From assembly GCA_014323765.1 (NCBI GenBank), contig JACONM010000034.1:25076-89075 (forward strand): a stretch of DNA of 64,000 nt. The letters run 5' to 3'. The position numbers and the translations under genes were made by a program. The notes under the pieces were generated by a model that was not told where the DNA came from, searched no databases, and saw only the letters and a program-made list of their open reading frames with translations. The stretch's first letter is position 1. Each line of letters starts with the position of its first letter. This document shows positions 1 to 12,179 of this stretch, piece after piece. This DNA comes from Cellvibrionales bacterium (lineage in GTDB: Bacteria; Pseudomonadota; Gammaproteobacteria; Pseudomonadales; GM7GCV1).

Positions 1-1
1 T

Positions 2-646
2 TACCTCAATGGCTGCTTGCTGGAAGTTACCCCAGAGCACCTGCGGTTAGTTGCCACCGATGGTCACCGCCTAGCCATGACCACCGACAGCGAATCGCGC
101 TTTGCGGAGGAAGCCCTGCAAGCCATTTTGCCGCGCAAGGGGGTGTTGGAGCTCTCGCGACTGCTCGGCGATGTCGATAGCGCGGTCTCGGTGGCATTGG
201 GCACCAATCACCTGCGGGTATCGGGGGACGGCTACCGTTTCACCACCAAGCTGATCGATGGCAAGTTTCCCGACTATGAGCAGGTGCTACCACGCGCTGC
301 CGACAAGGAGGTCACAGTCGAGCGTGAGCCATTCCGCCGTGGGTTGGCGCGGGTTGCCATTCTTTCCAACGAAAAGTACCGTGGTGTGCGCATTCTGCTG
401 AACGACAACCTGATGCAGCTGACCGCCAACAACCCCGAGCAAGAGCAGGCCGAGGAAGAGGTGGCGATCACCTACAGTGGCGAACAGTTGGAAGTAGGTT
501 TTAATGTCAGTTATATCATCGAGGTGCTCAATACCTTGCAAGTGGAGCAGGTGCGGTTGAACCTAGCTGACCCCAACTCCAGCGCGTTGTTGCAGGATCC
601 GGAAGATTCCTCGACCCTCTACGTCATCATGCCTATGCGCCTGTAA
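2..646 (+). CDS. dnaN: DNA polymerase III beta sliding clamp, C-terminal part (5' end outside window)
   Basis: The frame is open from the window edge. The translation (ATDGHRLA...KFPDYEQVLP...NVSYIIEVL...YVIMPMRL) is typical of a DnaN C-terminus, and recF and gyrB follow it. Confidence 0.95.
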   Translation, partial: YLNGCLLEVTPEHLRLVATDGHRLAMTTDSESRFAEEALQAILPRKGVLELSRLLGDVDSAVSVALGTNHLRVSGDGYRFTTKLIDGKFPDYEQVLPRAADKEVTVEREPFRRGLARVAILSNEKYRGVRILLNDNLMQLTANNPEQEQAEEEVAITYSGEQLEVGFNVSYIIEVLNTLQVEQVRLNLADPNSSALLQDPEDSSTLYVIMPMRL

Positions 647-685
647 CCCGCGGGGTGCCCGGGTAGTCCGACCGCCGCCGGGACA

Positions 686-4262
<3,577 letters not shown>

Positions 4263-4276
4263 CCCCCCCTGAGGCG

Positions 4277-4981
4277 ATGGCCAAGAAAACGCCTTTGGTG
4301 TTGCTGCCCGGCATGCTCTGCGATGGCCGCATGTGGCAAGCGCAAGTATCGGATTTAGCCGCTATTTGCGATCCCCTCATCATCGGCGATATTTCCCGAG
4401 CCAGCAGCATCCGCAAAATTGCCCAGCAAGTGCTGGCAACGGCACCGGGCCATTTTGCGCTGGCGGGCCTTTCCATGGGCGGCATTGTGGCCCTAGAGAT
4501 AGTGCGCCAAGCCCCTGAACGCATCACCCATCTAGCATTGCTGGATACCAACGCCTACGCCGAGAAGCCCGAGCGGCAAGCCAAGCGGGCCCATGAAATA
4601 GACTGTGCACAGGTTGGCCAGCTGCGCAAGCTGATGATCGAACAAATGAAACCGCTTTATCTGGCTAAAGCCAATCGCCAAAATCAAACCCTTTTGCATC
4701 TGGTGCTGGATATGGCGATGGATCTAGGCCCCGACGTTTTCGAGCGGCAGTCCATAGCACTGCGAGACCGACCCGACGCATCCGGCACACTCGCCACCAT
4801 CCGCTGCCCCACACTGGTGCTGTGCGGTGCCGAAGATGCCCTGTGCCCAGTCGCCTATCACCAATATATGCAATCCCAAATTCCCAATGCCCGGCTGGAG
4901 ATTATCGATAATTGCGGCCACCTGTCGGCACTGGAATGTCCACAGCAGGTCAATACTCACCTGCGCCAGTGGCTCCAATAA
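4277..4981 (+). CDS. alpha/beta hydrolase fold protein
   Basis: It begins MAKKTPLVLLPGMLCD and has the nucleophile elbow GLSMGG and a C-terminal CGH motif. The longer track ORF (3731) is an out-of-frame shadow over gyrB. Confidence 0.8.
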   Translation: MAKKTPLVLLPGMLCDGRMWQAQVSDLAAICDPLIIGDISRASSIRKIAQQVLATAPGHFALAGLSMGGIVALEIVRQAPERITHLALLDTNAYAEKPERQAKRAHEIDCAQVGQLRKLMIEQMKPLYLAKANRQNQTLLHLVLDMAMDLGPDVFERQSIALRDRPDASGTLATIRCPTLVLCGAEDALCPVAYHQYMQSQIPNARLEIIDNCGHLSALECPQQVNTHLRQWLQ

Positions 4982-4994
4982 AAAAACGCCCCAA

Positions 4995-5927
4995 CTAAGC
5001 CTTTAATCGATAAAAACGGCGGCAATTTTCACCCAATAACCCGCGCCTCTCAGCCGCAGAAAACCGCATAATAAGCTGGTTATACATGCCCCATAGAGTC
5101 TGGTAATCGATATACAGTTTATCCACCGGGAAATTAGAACCCAGCATACAGCGTTCAACCCCAAAAACATCCAGCACCTGATAAATAATATCGGCAGACC
5201 TATTCGGCTGCCACTTTTGACCAAACATACTCAGACCGGATATTTTGCAATGCACATTGGGCAGCGAGGCCAGCTTACGCAACCCGGTTAGCCACATTTG
5301 CTCGGTTTGTGAGTGTCGATACTGCTCATTTAAAAACCAAGGAGAGCCGCAATGACAAAGCACCACCTGCAACTGCTCAAATCGCTTAAAAACCGGATAG
5401 GCCCGCTCCATCTGTGCCGGAATAAGTTGCAAATCAAAACTCAATCCACGGGTAGCCAACGCACTCAGCCCGCGCTGCCAGTGCGGCGAATCGAGTAATA
5501 AATGGCTGCCAGTTTGCTGGTCTTCCCCCGGTGAACGGCCCAATATCTGGCGAATACCCCGCACCCCGGCGTAACTTTGAATGCGATCCAGCACTTGCGA
5601 TAAATCATCTGCTTCTAGGTCGGCATAAGCCACCATAGCCGCCGGCAGCTGACGATCAGCATTGCGGGACGCTTCAATTTGCCGCTGCACCCAAGCGGTC
5701 TCGGCGAGGTGCTGGCCAGCCGCCGCCCCCACCTCCACATGGACGCTTTCAATGACCGGCAAAGCACCAATATCCGCCTGCAAATCTGCAGTCAGATAAT
5801 TTTTCTGAATCGGGGCCGGGTTACCAAAAAAGCGCGGCGTTCCCAAGGGCGCATTTAGCCAGGGATAACAAACGGCATTTAAATCCCACAAATGATGGTG
5901 GGCATCGCAAATAGGAAAGTTGAACAA
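4995..5927 (-). CDS. amidohydrolase 2 family metal-dependent hydrolase
   Basis: The N-terminal ICDAHHHLW metal-binding motif and ~310 aa length fit a TIM-barrel hydrolase. It starts with TTG. Confidence 0.78.
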   Translation of the reverse strand: MFNFPICDAHHHLWDLNAVCYPWLNAPLGTPRFFGNPAPIQKNYLTADLQADIGALPVIESVHVEVGAAAGQHLAETAWVQRQIEASRNADRQLPAAMVAYADLEADDLSQVLDRIQSYAGVRGIRQILGRSPGEDQQTGSHLLLDSPHWQRGLSALATRGLSFDLQLIPAQMERAYPVFKRFEQLQVVLCHCGSPWFLNEQYRHSQTEQMWLTGLRKLASLPNVHCKISGLSMFGQKWQPNRSADIIYQVLDVFGVERCMLGSNFPVDKLYIDYQTLWGMYNQLIMRFSAAERRGLLGENCRRFYRLKA

Positions 5928-5946
5928 GAGAAACTTAGCAACAAAA

Positions 5947-7008
5947 TTACAACGTATTCTGAGCCGCTCTAGCGCGGTAGATATCCGTTAGAACGGATAA
6001 TTCATCAAACACGGTCCACTCTTCCACAATTTTGCCATCGATAAGGCGGTAATGGCTCTCCCCCAAAATATACAGGGTTTGTCCGCTGGGTTTTCCATAG
6101 CGGGCACTGCCCGTGTGAACGCCGGAAATCGACCACCGCACCGCCAGATCGACTCCCCGATCCCGGTTTGGCTGCTGGCAAACATAATCGGCGGAAAACC
6201 GCAGTTCCGATAAAGTGCCCAACATCTGCATGTAAAAACCGATTATCGCCGCATGGCCATGCAATTCACAGCCCGGGGTGCCGTGCAACACGGCATCCGG
6301 CGCATAGCTTTGATAGACATCGCCCACCATGCGGGCATTCCAAATATTATGCAAACTGGACCGAATAAATGACTCGGGGTCATCCCCCGCCACCTGCCGC
6401 TGAAAATCCACCTGCTGTTGCAAGCGTTGCCGTTGTTCATCCCGCCATGCAGTTAGACGCTCGGAAACTGGTTTCAGAGCCCAGTGTTGCGCCACTTGTT
6501 GAGGATCCTTGCCGAGTTGCTGCGCTAAGGAATAATTGTCCCGCACCAGCCATTCTTCGATAATACGGTTATTTTTAATAACGCAGTGGGCGATCACTAA
6601 TATGGTGGCTTCTTTGTGGGCGGCAACGCCGTATTCGGAGTCACTAGTGTTGGTCATATGGCTGCGAATAAGGTGGGAGGTATGAAACCCGGTTTGCTCA
6701 TCGCCCGCCCAAATAAGATTGACCGCTTCAAGAGTTCGATCGGGAAACGATGCCAAGGTGGTCAGGGTATTTTGGGTGACCTCTGCAGCACCGATGGTCA
6801 CCCCCGCTAGGGTATAGACCGGGCAGTCTGGGGAATAATAATCCAGACAAAGACCCACCTGTTTGCCTTCCCAAATGCGCCGTGTGACGCGCAAAATATA
6901 ATCCGTAATATCGGTAAATTCCGGGTCAAATCCACGCATGGCGGGCACCGCCGCGCTGGCCTTTTCAGCGGCGGGAGCACTATCGTGATGATGTTGCAGG
7001 TGAGTCAT
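5947..7008 (-). CDS. tandem SnoaL-like / NTF2-fold protein (ester-cyclase-like)
   Basis: The two halves each end in a similar NRIIEEW / GKIVEEW strand motif typical of SnoaL-type folds. Confidence 0.6.
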   Translation of the reverse strand: MTHLQHHHDSAPAAEKASAAVPAMRGFDPEFTDITDYILRVTRRIWEGKQVGLCLDYYSPDCPVYTLAGVTIGAAEVTQNTLTTLASFPDRTLEAVNLIWAGDEQTGFHTSHLIRSHMTNTSDSEYGVAAHKEATILVIAHCVIKNNRIIEEWLVRDNYSLAQQLGKDPQQVAQHWALKPVSERLTAWRDEQRQRLQQQVDFQRQVAGDDPESFIRSSLHNIWNARMVGDVYQSYAPDAVLHGTPGCELHGHAAIIGFYMQMLGTLSELRFSADYVCQQPNRDRGVDLAVRWSISGVHTGSARYGKPSGQTLYILGESHYRLIDGKIVEEWTVFDELSVLTDIYRARAAQNTL

Positions 7009-7026
7009 GAATAAAAACTACAAAAG

Positions 7027-8064
7027 TTAAAGTAACCCCTGAGCGGCAGCCGGATGATTGCCGCGCCGGACAACGAGCACCTCTAGTATTTTATCGGTGC
7101 TGTTTTCATACCGGCGGTTCTCACCGGGTGGGGCCGTAAAAACATCACCGGCCGACAATTCCGCCTGAGCATCCAGCGCCTCCACCGCCAGCCCACCGCT
7201 TTGCACAATAATGACCTCTTCTTCCGCCCGCCTATGCGTTGGAATTGCCGTGCCCGGCGCAATAGTTAGGTGGCGGACCTGAAAACCGTGCTGCCATGCC
7301 ATTTTGCCAGCCCCAATCTGTTCCGCCGGGTTTGCGCACCCAATGACCGCGCACTCCACCACATCATCCAAATGACTTAAACCGCCCGTCGCTAATTTGC
7401 CAATTTCATTTTTCCGCACGATACAGTTTTCCATATCCGCCAGACTCAACCGCTGGAAAGCCGCCGCTTCATCGCGGGAAATGGGCCTGTATTCCGCGGC
7501 ACCCGCCGGCACTTTCTCGCCCGCGACGGTGTCGATCAGGCGGCCATCTTCCAACAATATCAGACCGTGGGCTTTGGCTTGCGCAAAAACATAGGGTGCC
7601 CAGATAACGCGCCCGGCCCCGCCGTCTTCAGCGAGCCCCAGTATGGAAAACATAAACCCGTCATCGGGCCCCACATTTTCAAAACCGCGAAATACCTGCG
7701 TGGGGATAGAAATTACATCGCCGCCAGACAATACCGTTTCGCCATCTTCGCCATTTTGTCCCCAGGTAAATTTCCAAGCACCAGAAAAGATCATAAAGAC
7801 CTCTTCTGTATCATGGCTGTGGTGGGAATTTTTGCAACCGTGCGGCTGGCGGGCACCGCCGATATCAAAACCATGCGGGATATTAATGTGAATGAACTGG
7901 CCGGGGTTTTCCGCAACCCCAGCACCGATCAAGCAAAAATTCTCTTTCTTATCACTGCCCGGTGTCCGCGCATCGATAAACGCCGTTTTGCAGGGCACCA
8001 GCTCATTAAAACGGATGATTCTTTGCGCAAGTTTTAGCGGCGGTTGTTTTAGTTGACGATTCAT
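7027..8064 (-). CDS. bicupin domain protein
   Basis: Two cupin-like cores are present (HSHDTEEVFMIFSG...GDVISIP and HRRAEEEVIIVQSG...GDVF). I chose the ATG at 8064 (MNRQLKQ). Confidence 0.7.
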   Translation of the reverse strand: MNRQLKQPPLKLAQRIIRFNELVPCKTAFIDARTPGSDKKENFCLIGAGVAENPGQFIHINIPHGFDIGGARQPHGCKNSHHSHDTEEVFMIFSGAWKFTWGQNGEDGETVLSGGDVISIPTQVFRGFENVGPDDGFMFSILGLAEDGGAGRVIWAPYVFAQAKAHGLILLEDGRLIDTVAGEKVPAGAAEYRPISRDEAAAFQRLSLADMENCIVRKNEIGKLATGGLSHLDDVVECAVIGCANPAEQIGAGKMAWQHGFQVRHLTIAPGTAIPTHRRAEEEVIIVQSGGLAVEALDAQAELSAGDVFTAPPGENRRYENSTDKILEVLVVRRGNHPAAAQGLL

Positions 8065-8351
8065 AATAAACCTTGTCGATTCGCAGGTTAAAAAGGAATT
8101 GTTGAGGCCCCTACTATTTTCGGTAAAAACGGGGCGGCGCAATGGACGTATAACGCAAATGCATCCCTCCTTATGCAACCGAATCGCGCTTGCCTTCCTC
8201 TAGTGGGTGGTGCAAAATGCAATCCTAGCATGAAAAAATCCCCCGTGGGTAATGTGGGTAAGGGTCGCTACAATCTTCCATAGCCGGGCAGTTATTGCAA
8301 AACGCTGCAAAACGCCAGATTCTGCGCCCGCTCCACCTAAAAACATTGCGT

Positions 8352-9128
8352 ATGCAAACATCTAAAGATACCCCGCGTTGTCAGTTCCGGCAAACCCTGC
8401 TTAACCGGGAACTGTTGGTCGGCACCTTTCAAAAAACGCCCTCTGCTATGGTGTCGGAAGTGCTCGGCTTGACCGAACTGGATGTCGTTTGCCTAGATGC
8501 CGAACACGCCCCCTTCGGGCGCGCCGAGTTAGATGCCTGCCTCTTGGCCCTGCGGGCTGCCGGTATGCCATCGCTGGTGCGGGTGTCTTCCGCATCGGCA
8601 GAGCAGATCGTCAATGCGCTGGATTGCGGGGCCAGTGGTGTCATGGTGCCGCACTTGTGTTCGGTCGCAGTGGCTGAAAAGATTAGCCGCGCCGCACAAT
8701 TCGGGCGCGGCGGTCGCGGTTACGCAGGCTCCACGCGCGCCGCCGGATACGGCACGAAGAAAATGTTAGACCACCAAGAAGACAGTGCCGCCACAACCAC
8801 CGTAATCGCCCAGATAGAGGATCCGGAAGCATTGGAATCTATAGATGAGATCGCAAAAGTGGAGGGCATTCACTGTTTGTTTGCAGGCCGCGTTGATCTG
8901 GCCGTCGCCCTAGGCGCAGAAACACTGAATGATGCCGCGGTAATAGAGGCGGTGGAGACCGTATGCGCAGCGGGCCGCAAACAGAGTCGCCCCGTGGGCA
9001 TGTTTCTGGCAGACCGGGCGGAAATCCCCCGCTGGCAGGCACGGGGGGCCAGCTTTTTTCTAGTGGCCTCAGACCACAGCTTTATGCTATCGGGTGCCGC
9101 CGAACTGCACCGCAGTGCCCGTTCCTAG
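8352..9128 (+). CDS. HpcH/HpaI family aldolase
   Basis: The translation (LVGTF...SEVLGLTELDVVCLDAEHAPF...VRV...IAQIEDPEAL) is typical of class II HpcH aldolases. I chose the ATG at 8352. Confidence 0.78.
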   Translation: MQTSKDTPRCQFRQTLLNRELLVGTFQKTPSAMVSEVLGLTELDVVCLDAEHAPFGRAELDACLLALRAAGMPSLVRVSSASAEQIVNALDCGASGVMVPHLCSVAVAEKISRAAQFGRGGRGYAGSTRAAGYGTKKMLDHQEDSAATTTVIAQIEDPEALESIDEIAKVEGIHCLFAGRVDLAVALGAETLNDAAVIEAVETVCAAGRKQSRPVGMFLADRAEIPRWQARGASFFLVASDHSFMLSGAAELHRSARS

Positions 9129-9301
9129 CCAAGCATCGCCGGCCCGGTTGACTCGATCGGCGGCCTGTTGCAAAATGCAGGAATGCAAACAGCCGTTACT
9201 GTTAAATTGCCGGCATGCAGACTCCGCAACTCTTTTGGCGGCCAGTGATAATTTCGGTTGTATCAGCAAATATATGTCAATTCCACAGAGGGGTTTAATA
9301 A

Positions 9302-10582
9302 ATGGCTAAAATCTTGAAACACGGCATATCCGAGCAACAGGCTTTGGATGCCAGCACCAAGGTGCGCACCGTTGTAGAAGATATCCTGCGCGGCATTACC
9401 GAGAACGGCGATGCCCATGTTCGTGAACTTTCCGAGAAATTTGATAACTGGTCGCCAGCCAGCTTTAGGTTATCTGAACAGGAAATCCAAGCCTGCATGG
9501 ATAGCCTAGATACCCAAACCCTCCACGATATTCAGTTTGCTCAGGAGCAGGTCCGCAATTTCGCCAAAATCCAGCTCGACTCCATGCAAAATGTGGAAGT
9601 GGAAACCCGCCCCGGCGTTGTTCTCGGCCACAAACAGATCCCGGTCAACAGCGTCGGTTGCTATATTCCGGGGGGCAAATACCCGCTGGTCGCTTCCGCG
9701 CATATGAGCGTCGCCACGGCCAAAGTCGCCGGTGTCAAGCGCGTGATTGCCTGCGCTCCGCCATTCAATGGTGCCCCCATGCCCGCCATTGTCGCCGCCA
9801 TGAAATTGGCAGGGGCCGATGAAATATATTGTTTCGGTGGGGTGCAAGCGGTGGGGGCCATGGCCCTAGGCACGGAAACTATTGCTCCCGTAGATGTGAT
9901 TGTCGGCCCCGGCAATGCCTTTGTCGCCGAAGCCAAACGCCAGCTGTTTGGGCGGGTTGGCATCGACCTGCTGGCGGGCCCCACTGAGACCCTAATCATC
10001 GCCGATGAAATAGGCTGCGATGCCGAGATGGCCGCCACCGATCTATTGGGCCAAGCCGAACATGGTCCCAACTCACCGGCGGTATTGCTCACCAATAGCG
10101 AGCCATTAGCCCAGGCCACCATGGCCGAGGTGGACCGCCAGCTAGAAACGCTGGAAACCGCCGCAGTGGCCGGCCAAGCGTGGCGCGATTACGGGCAGGT
10201 GATCCTGTGCGACAGCTACGCCGAAATGGTTCAGGTGGCCGATGATCTGGCCTATGAACACGTGCAAGTAATGACCAAAGACCCCGATTATTTCCTCGCC
10301 AATATGACCAATTTTGGCGCATTATTTTTAGGGCGGGAAACCAATGTGGCTTACGGCGATAAAGTGATCGGCACCAACCACACCCTGCCGACCAATAAAG
10401 CAGCGCGGTACACCGGCGGGCTATGGGTCGGCAAGTTTATCAAGACCTGCACCTATCAGCGAGTAACGCCTGCCGCCAGCGTCGAGATCGGCGAGTACTG
10501 TTCAAGGCTTTGCGCTCTGGAAGGCTTTGCCGGCCACAAAGCCCAAGCCGATTTGCGGGTCAAACGCTACAAGAATGCATAA
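9302..10582 (+). CDS. histidinol dehydrogenase family oxidoreductase (paralogue outside a his operon)
   Basis: At 426 aa it shows [36 protein letters not shown] and GTNHTLPT, all HisD-family signatures. Confidence 0.8.
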   Translation: MAKILKHGISEQQALDASTKVRTVVEDILRGITENGDAHVRELSEKFDNWSPASFRLSEQEIQACMDSLDTQTLHDIQFAQEQVRNFAKIQLDSMQNVEVETRPGVVLGHKQIPVNSVGCYIPGGKYPLVASAHMSVATAKVAGVKRVIACAPPFNGAPMPAIVAAMKLAGADEIYCFGGVQAVGAMALGTETIAPVDVIVGPGNAFVAEAKRQLFGRVGIDLLAGPTETLIIADEIGCDAEMAATDLLGQAEHGPNSPAVLLTNSEPLAQATMAEVDRQLETLETAAVAGQAWRDYGQVILCDSYAEMVQVADDLAYEHVQVMTKDPDYFLANMTNFGALFLGRETNVAYGDKVIGTNHTLPTNKAARYTGGLWVGKFIKTCTYQRVTPAASVEIGEYCSRLCALEGFAGHKAQADLRVKRYKNA

Positions 10583-10612
10583 AAATAGCCATGCTCGCAC
10601 GGGGACCATGCA

Positions 10613-11347
10613 ATGGATAAACGGGTTTTAATTACCGGTGCCGCCGGCGGCATAGGCTCCGCCATCGCCCGCGCCTATGCCGCCCAAGGTGCCCAAGTTT
10701 TGCTCGGCTACAACAGCAACCGCGATAAAGCCCAAGCACTGTGCGATGACCTGCCCGGCACGGGCCATCTAGTTCGCCAAATTCCCGTCCTAGACAGCCC
10801 GGCCCTGCAATCGCTGGCTCAGGCATTGCGCACCGAATGGGGCCACCTCGATATTCTGATAAACAATGCCGGCATGACCAAAATGGTCCCCCATGCCGAT
10901 CTAGATGCCCTAGAAGATCGCGATATCGACCAAATTATGGCGACAAACTTTCGCGGCCCTTTTGCCTGCATCCGGGCTTTCCGCCCGCTGCTGGAATCCA
11001 GCGGCGATGGCCTGATTATCAATATCTCCTCCCTCGCCGGCACTACCGCCGTGGGCAGCTGCGTGGCCTACTGCGCCTCCAAATCCGCCCTCAATAACAT
11101 GACTATGTCGCTGGCGCGGGCCCTGGCCCCGAAAATTCGAGTCGTCGCCCTCGCCCCCGGCTGGGTGGCGGGAGAATACGCCAGCAAAGCCGATCCCGCG
11201 TATTTGCAAGAACAGGTGGATAAAACCCCACTAAAAAGAATCGCCACCGCCACAGATGTTGCCAAGGCCGCCCTCGCCCTTTCGCAAGCCATGACTTTCA
11301 GCACCGGGTGCATTATTCCGGTAGATGGCGGGCGCCCGCTCAATTAA
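10613..11347 (+). CDS. short-chain dehydrogenase/reductase (SDR)
   Basis: It has the TGAAGGIGSAIA cofactor motif, NNAG and the catalytic YCASKSAL. Confidence 0.88.
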   Translation: MDKRVLITGAAGGIGSAIARAYAAQGAQVLLGYNSNRDKAQALCDDLPGTGHLVRQIPVLDSPALQSLAQALRTEWGHLDILINNAGMTKMVPHADLDALEDRDIDQIMATNFRGPFACIRAFRPLLESSGDGLIINISSLAGTTAVGSCVAYCASKSALNNMTMSLARALAPKIRVVALAPGWVAGEYASKADPAYLQEQVDKTPLKRIATATDVAKAALALSQAMTFSTGCIIPVDGGRPLN

Positions 11348-11410
11348 CGGGCTGGCACCCAAGCGCAGCGCACTAGTTACCCATTGCGGATTGCGGGGCA
11401 AAAACAGACG

Positions 11411-12028
11411 ATGCATCCAGTGCTATCGATCATTCATTATTGCGACATGCTGGCAGTGGGCGTTTTTGCGCTCAGTGGTGCCTTGGCAGCGGCGGAGAAA
11501 CGGCTGGATATTTTCGGCTTTGCCCTGCTGGCGATCGTCACCGGCATCGGCGGCGGCACAGTCCGCGATGTGCTCCTGAACACGCCCCACATCTTTTGGG
11601 TGGAAAACTCCATTTATCTGCTCATCTGCCTGACCGCCGCCGGGCTGACTTACTGCGCCGCTAGGCTCCTGACCTCGCTGCGCACGGCGTTGCTGTGGAT
11701 GGATGCTGCGGGGCTGGCCCTGTTCAGTGTGTTGGGCTGCTCCAAAGCCTTGCAGCTGGGGGCAGATCCGCTGGTGGCCGTCGCCATGGGGGTTGTCACC
11801 GCCACTTTTGGCTCGGTGATCCGCGATATTTTGCTCAATCGAGAACCGGTGCTGTTCGGCCCGCAGATCTATGTATCCTGCGCCCTGTTGGGATCTTTGG
11901 TGTGTACGCTATTGCTCGGCATCGGGGTGCCGGCCGCCACCAGCCTGTTTATTGCCATCGCCGCCGCCTTCTTATTGCGCGCCGTGGCCATTTTGTTCGA
12001 TCTGCGTCTGCCTAAATACCGCCACTGA
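11411..12028 (+). CDS. UPF0126 / trimeric intracellular cation channel family membrane protein
   Basis: It is polytopic and hydrophobic, with duplicated GGGTVRD / FGSVIRD motifs. I chose the ATG at 11411. Confidence 0.7.
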   Translation: MHPVLSIIHYCDMLAVGVFALSGALAAAEKRLDIFGFALLAIVTGIGGGTVRDVLLNTPHIFWVENSIYLLICLTAAGLTYCAARLLTSLRTALLWMDAAGLALFSVLGCSKALQLGADPLVAVAMGVVTATFGSVIRDILLNREPVLFGPQIYVSCALLGSLVCTLLLGIGVPAATSLFIAIAAAFLLRAVAILFDLRLPKYRH

Positions 12029-12179
12029 GGCACCCCACACGCCACTGCCGATAATTTTCTCTTGACATCCAAATCGACAGGGAGTAGAAAGACTCCTGCT
12101 AAGCATCCTGCGCACTTTCCGCGGCGGGACATTGACAGTTCAAACACAAGTTGACCTAAGAGTCATAGAGGATAGGGGA

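Noticed and set aside
12029-12179. Possible riboswitch (for example cobalamin) in the 150-nt leader of the first TonB-dependent receptor
   Set aside because: I could find no B12-box-like or other riboswitch core sequence. Only a TTGACA-type promoter-like element is present.
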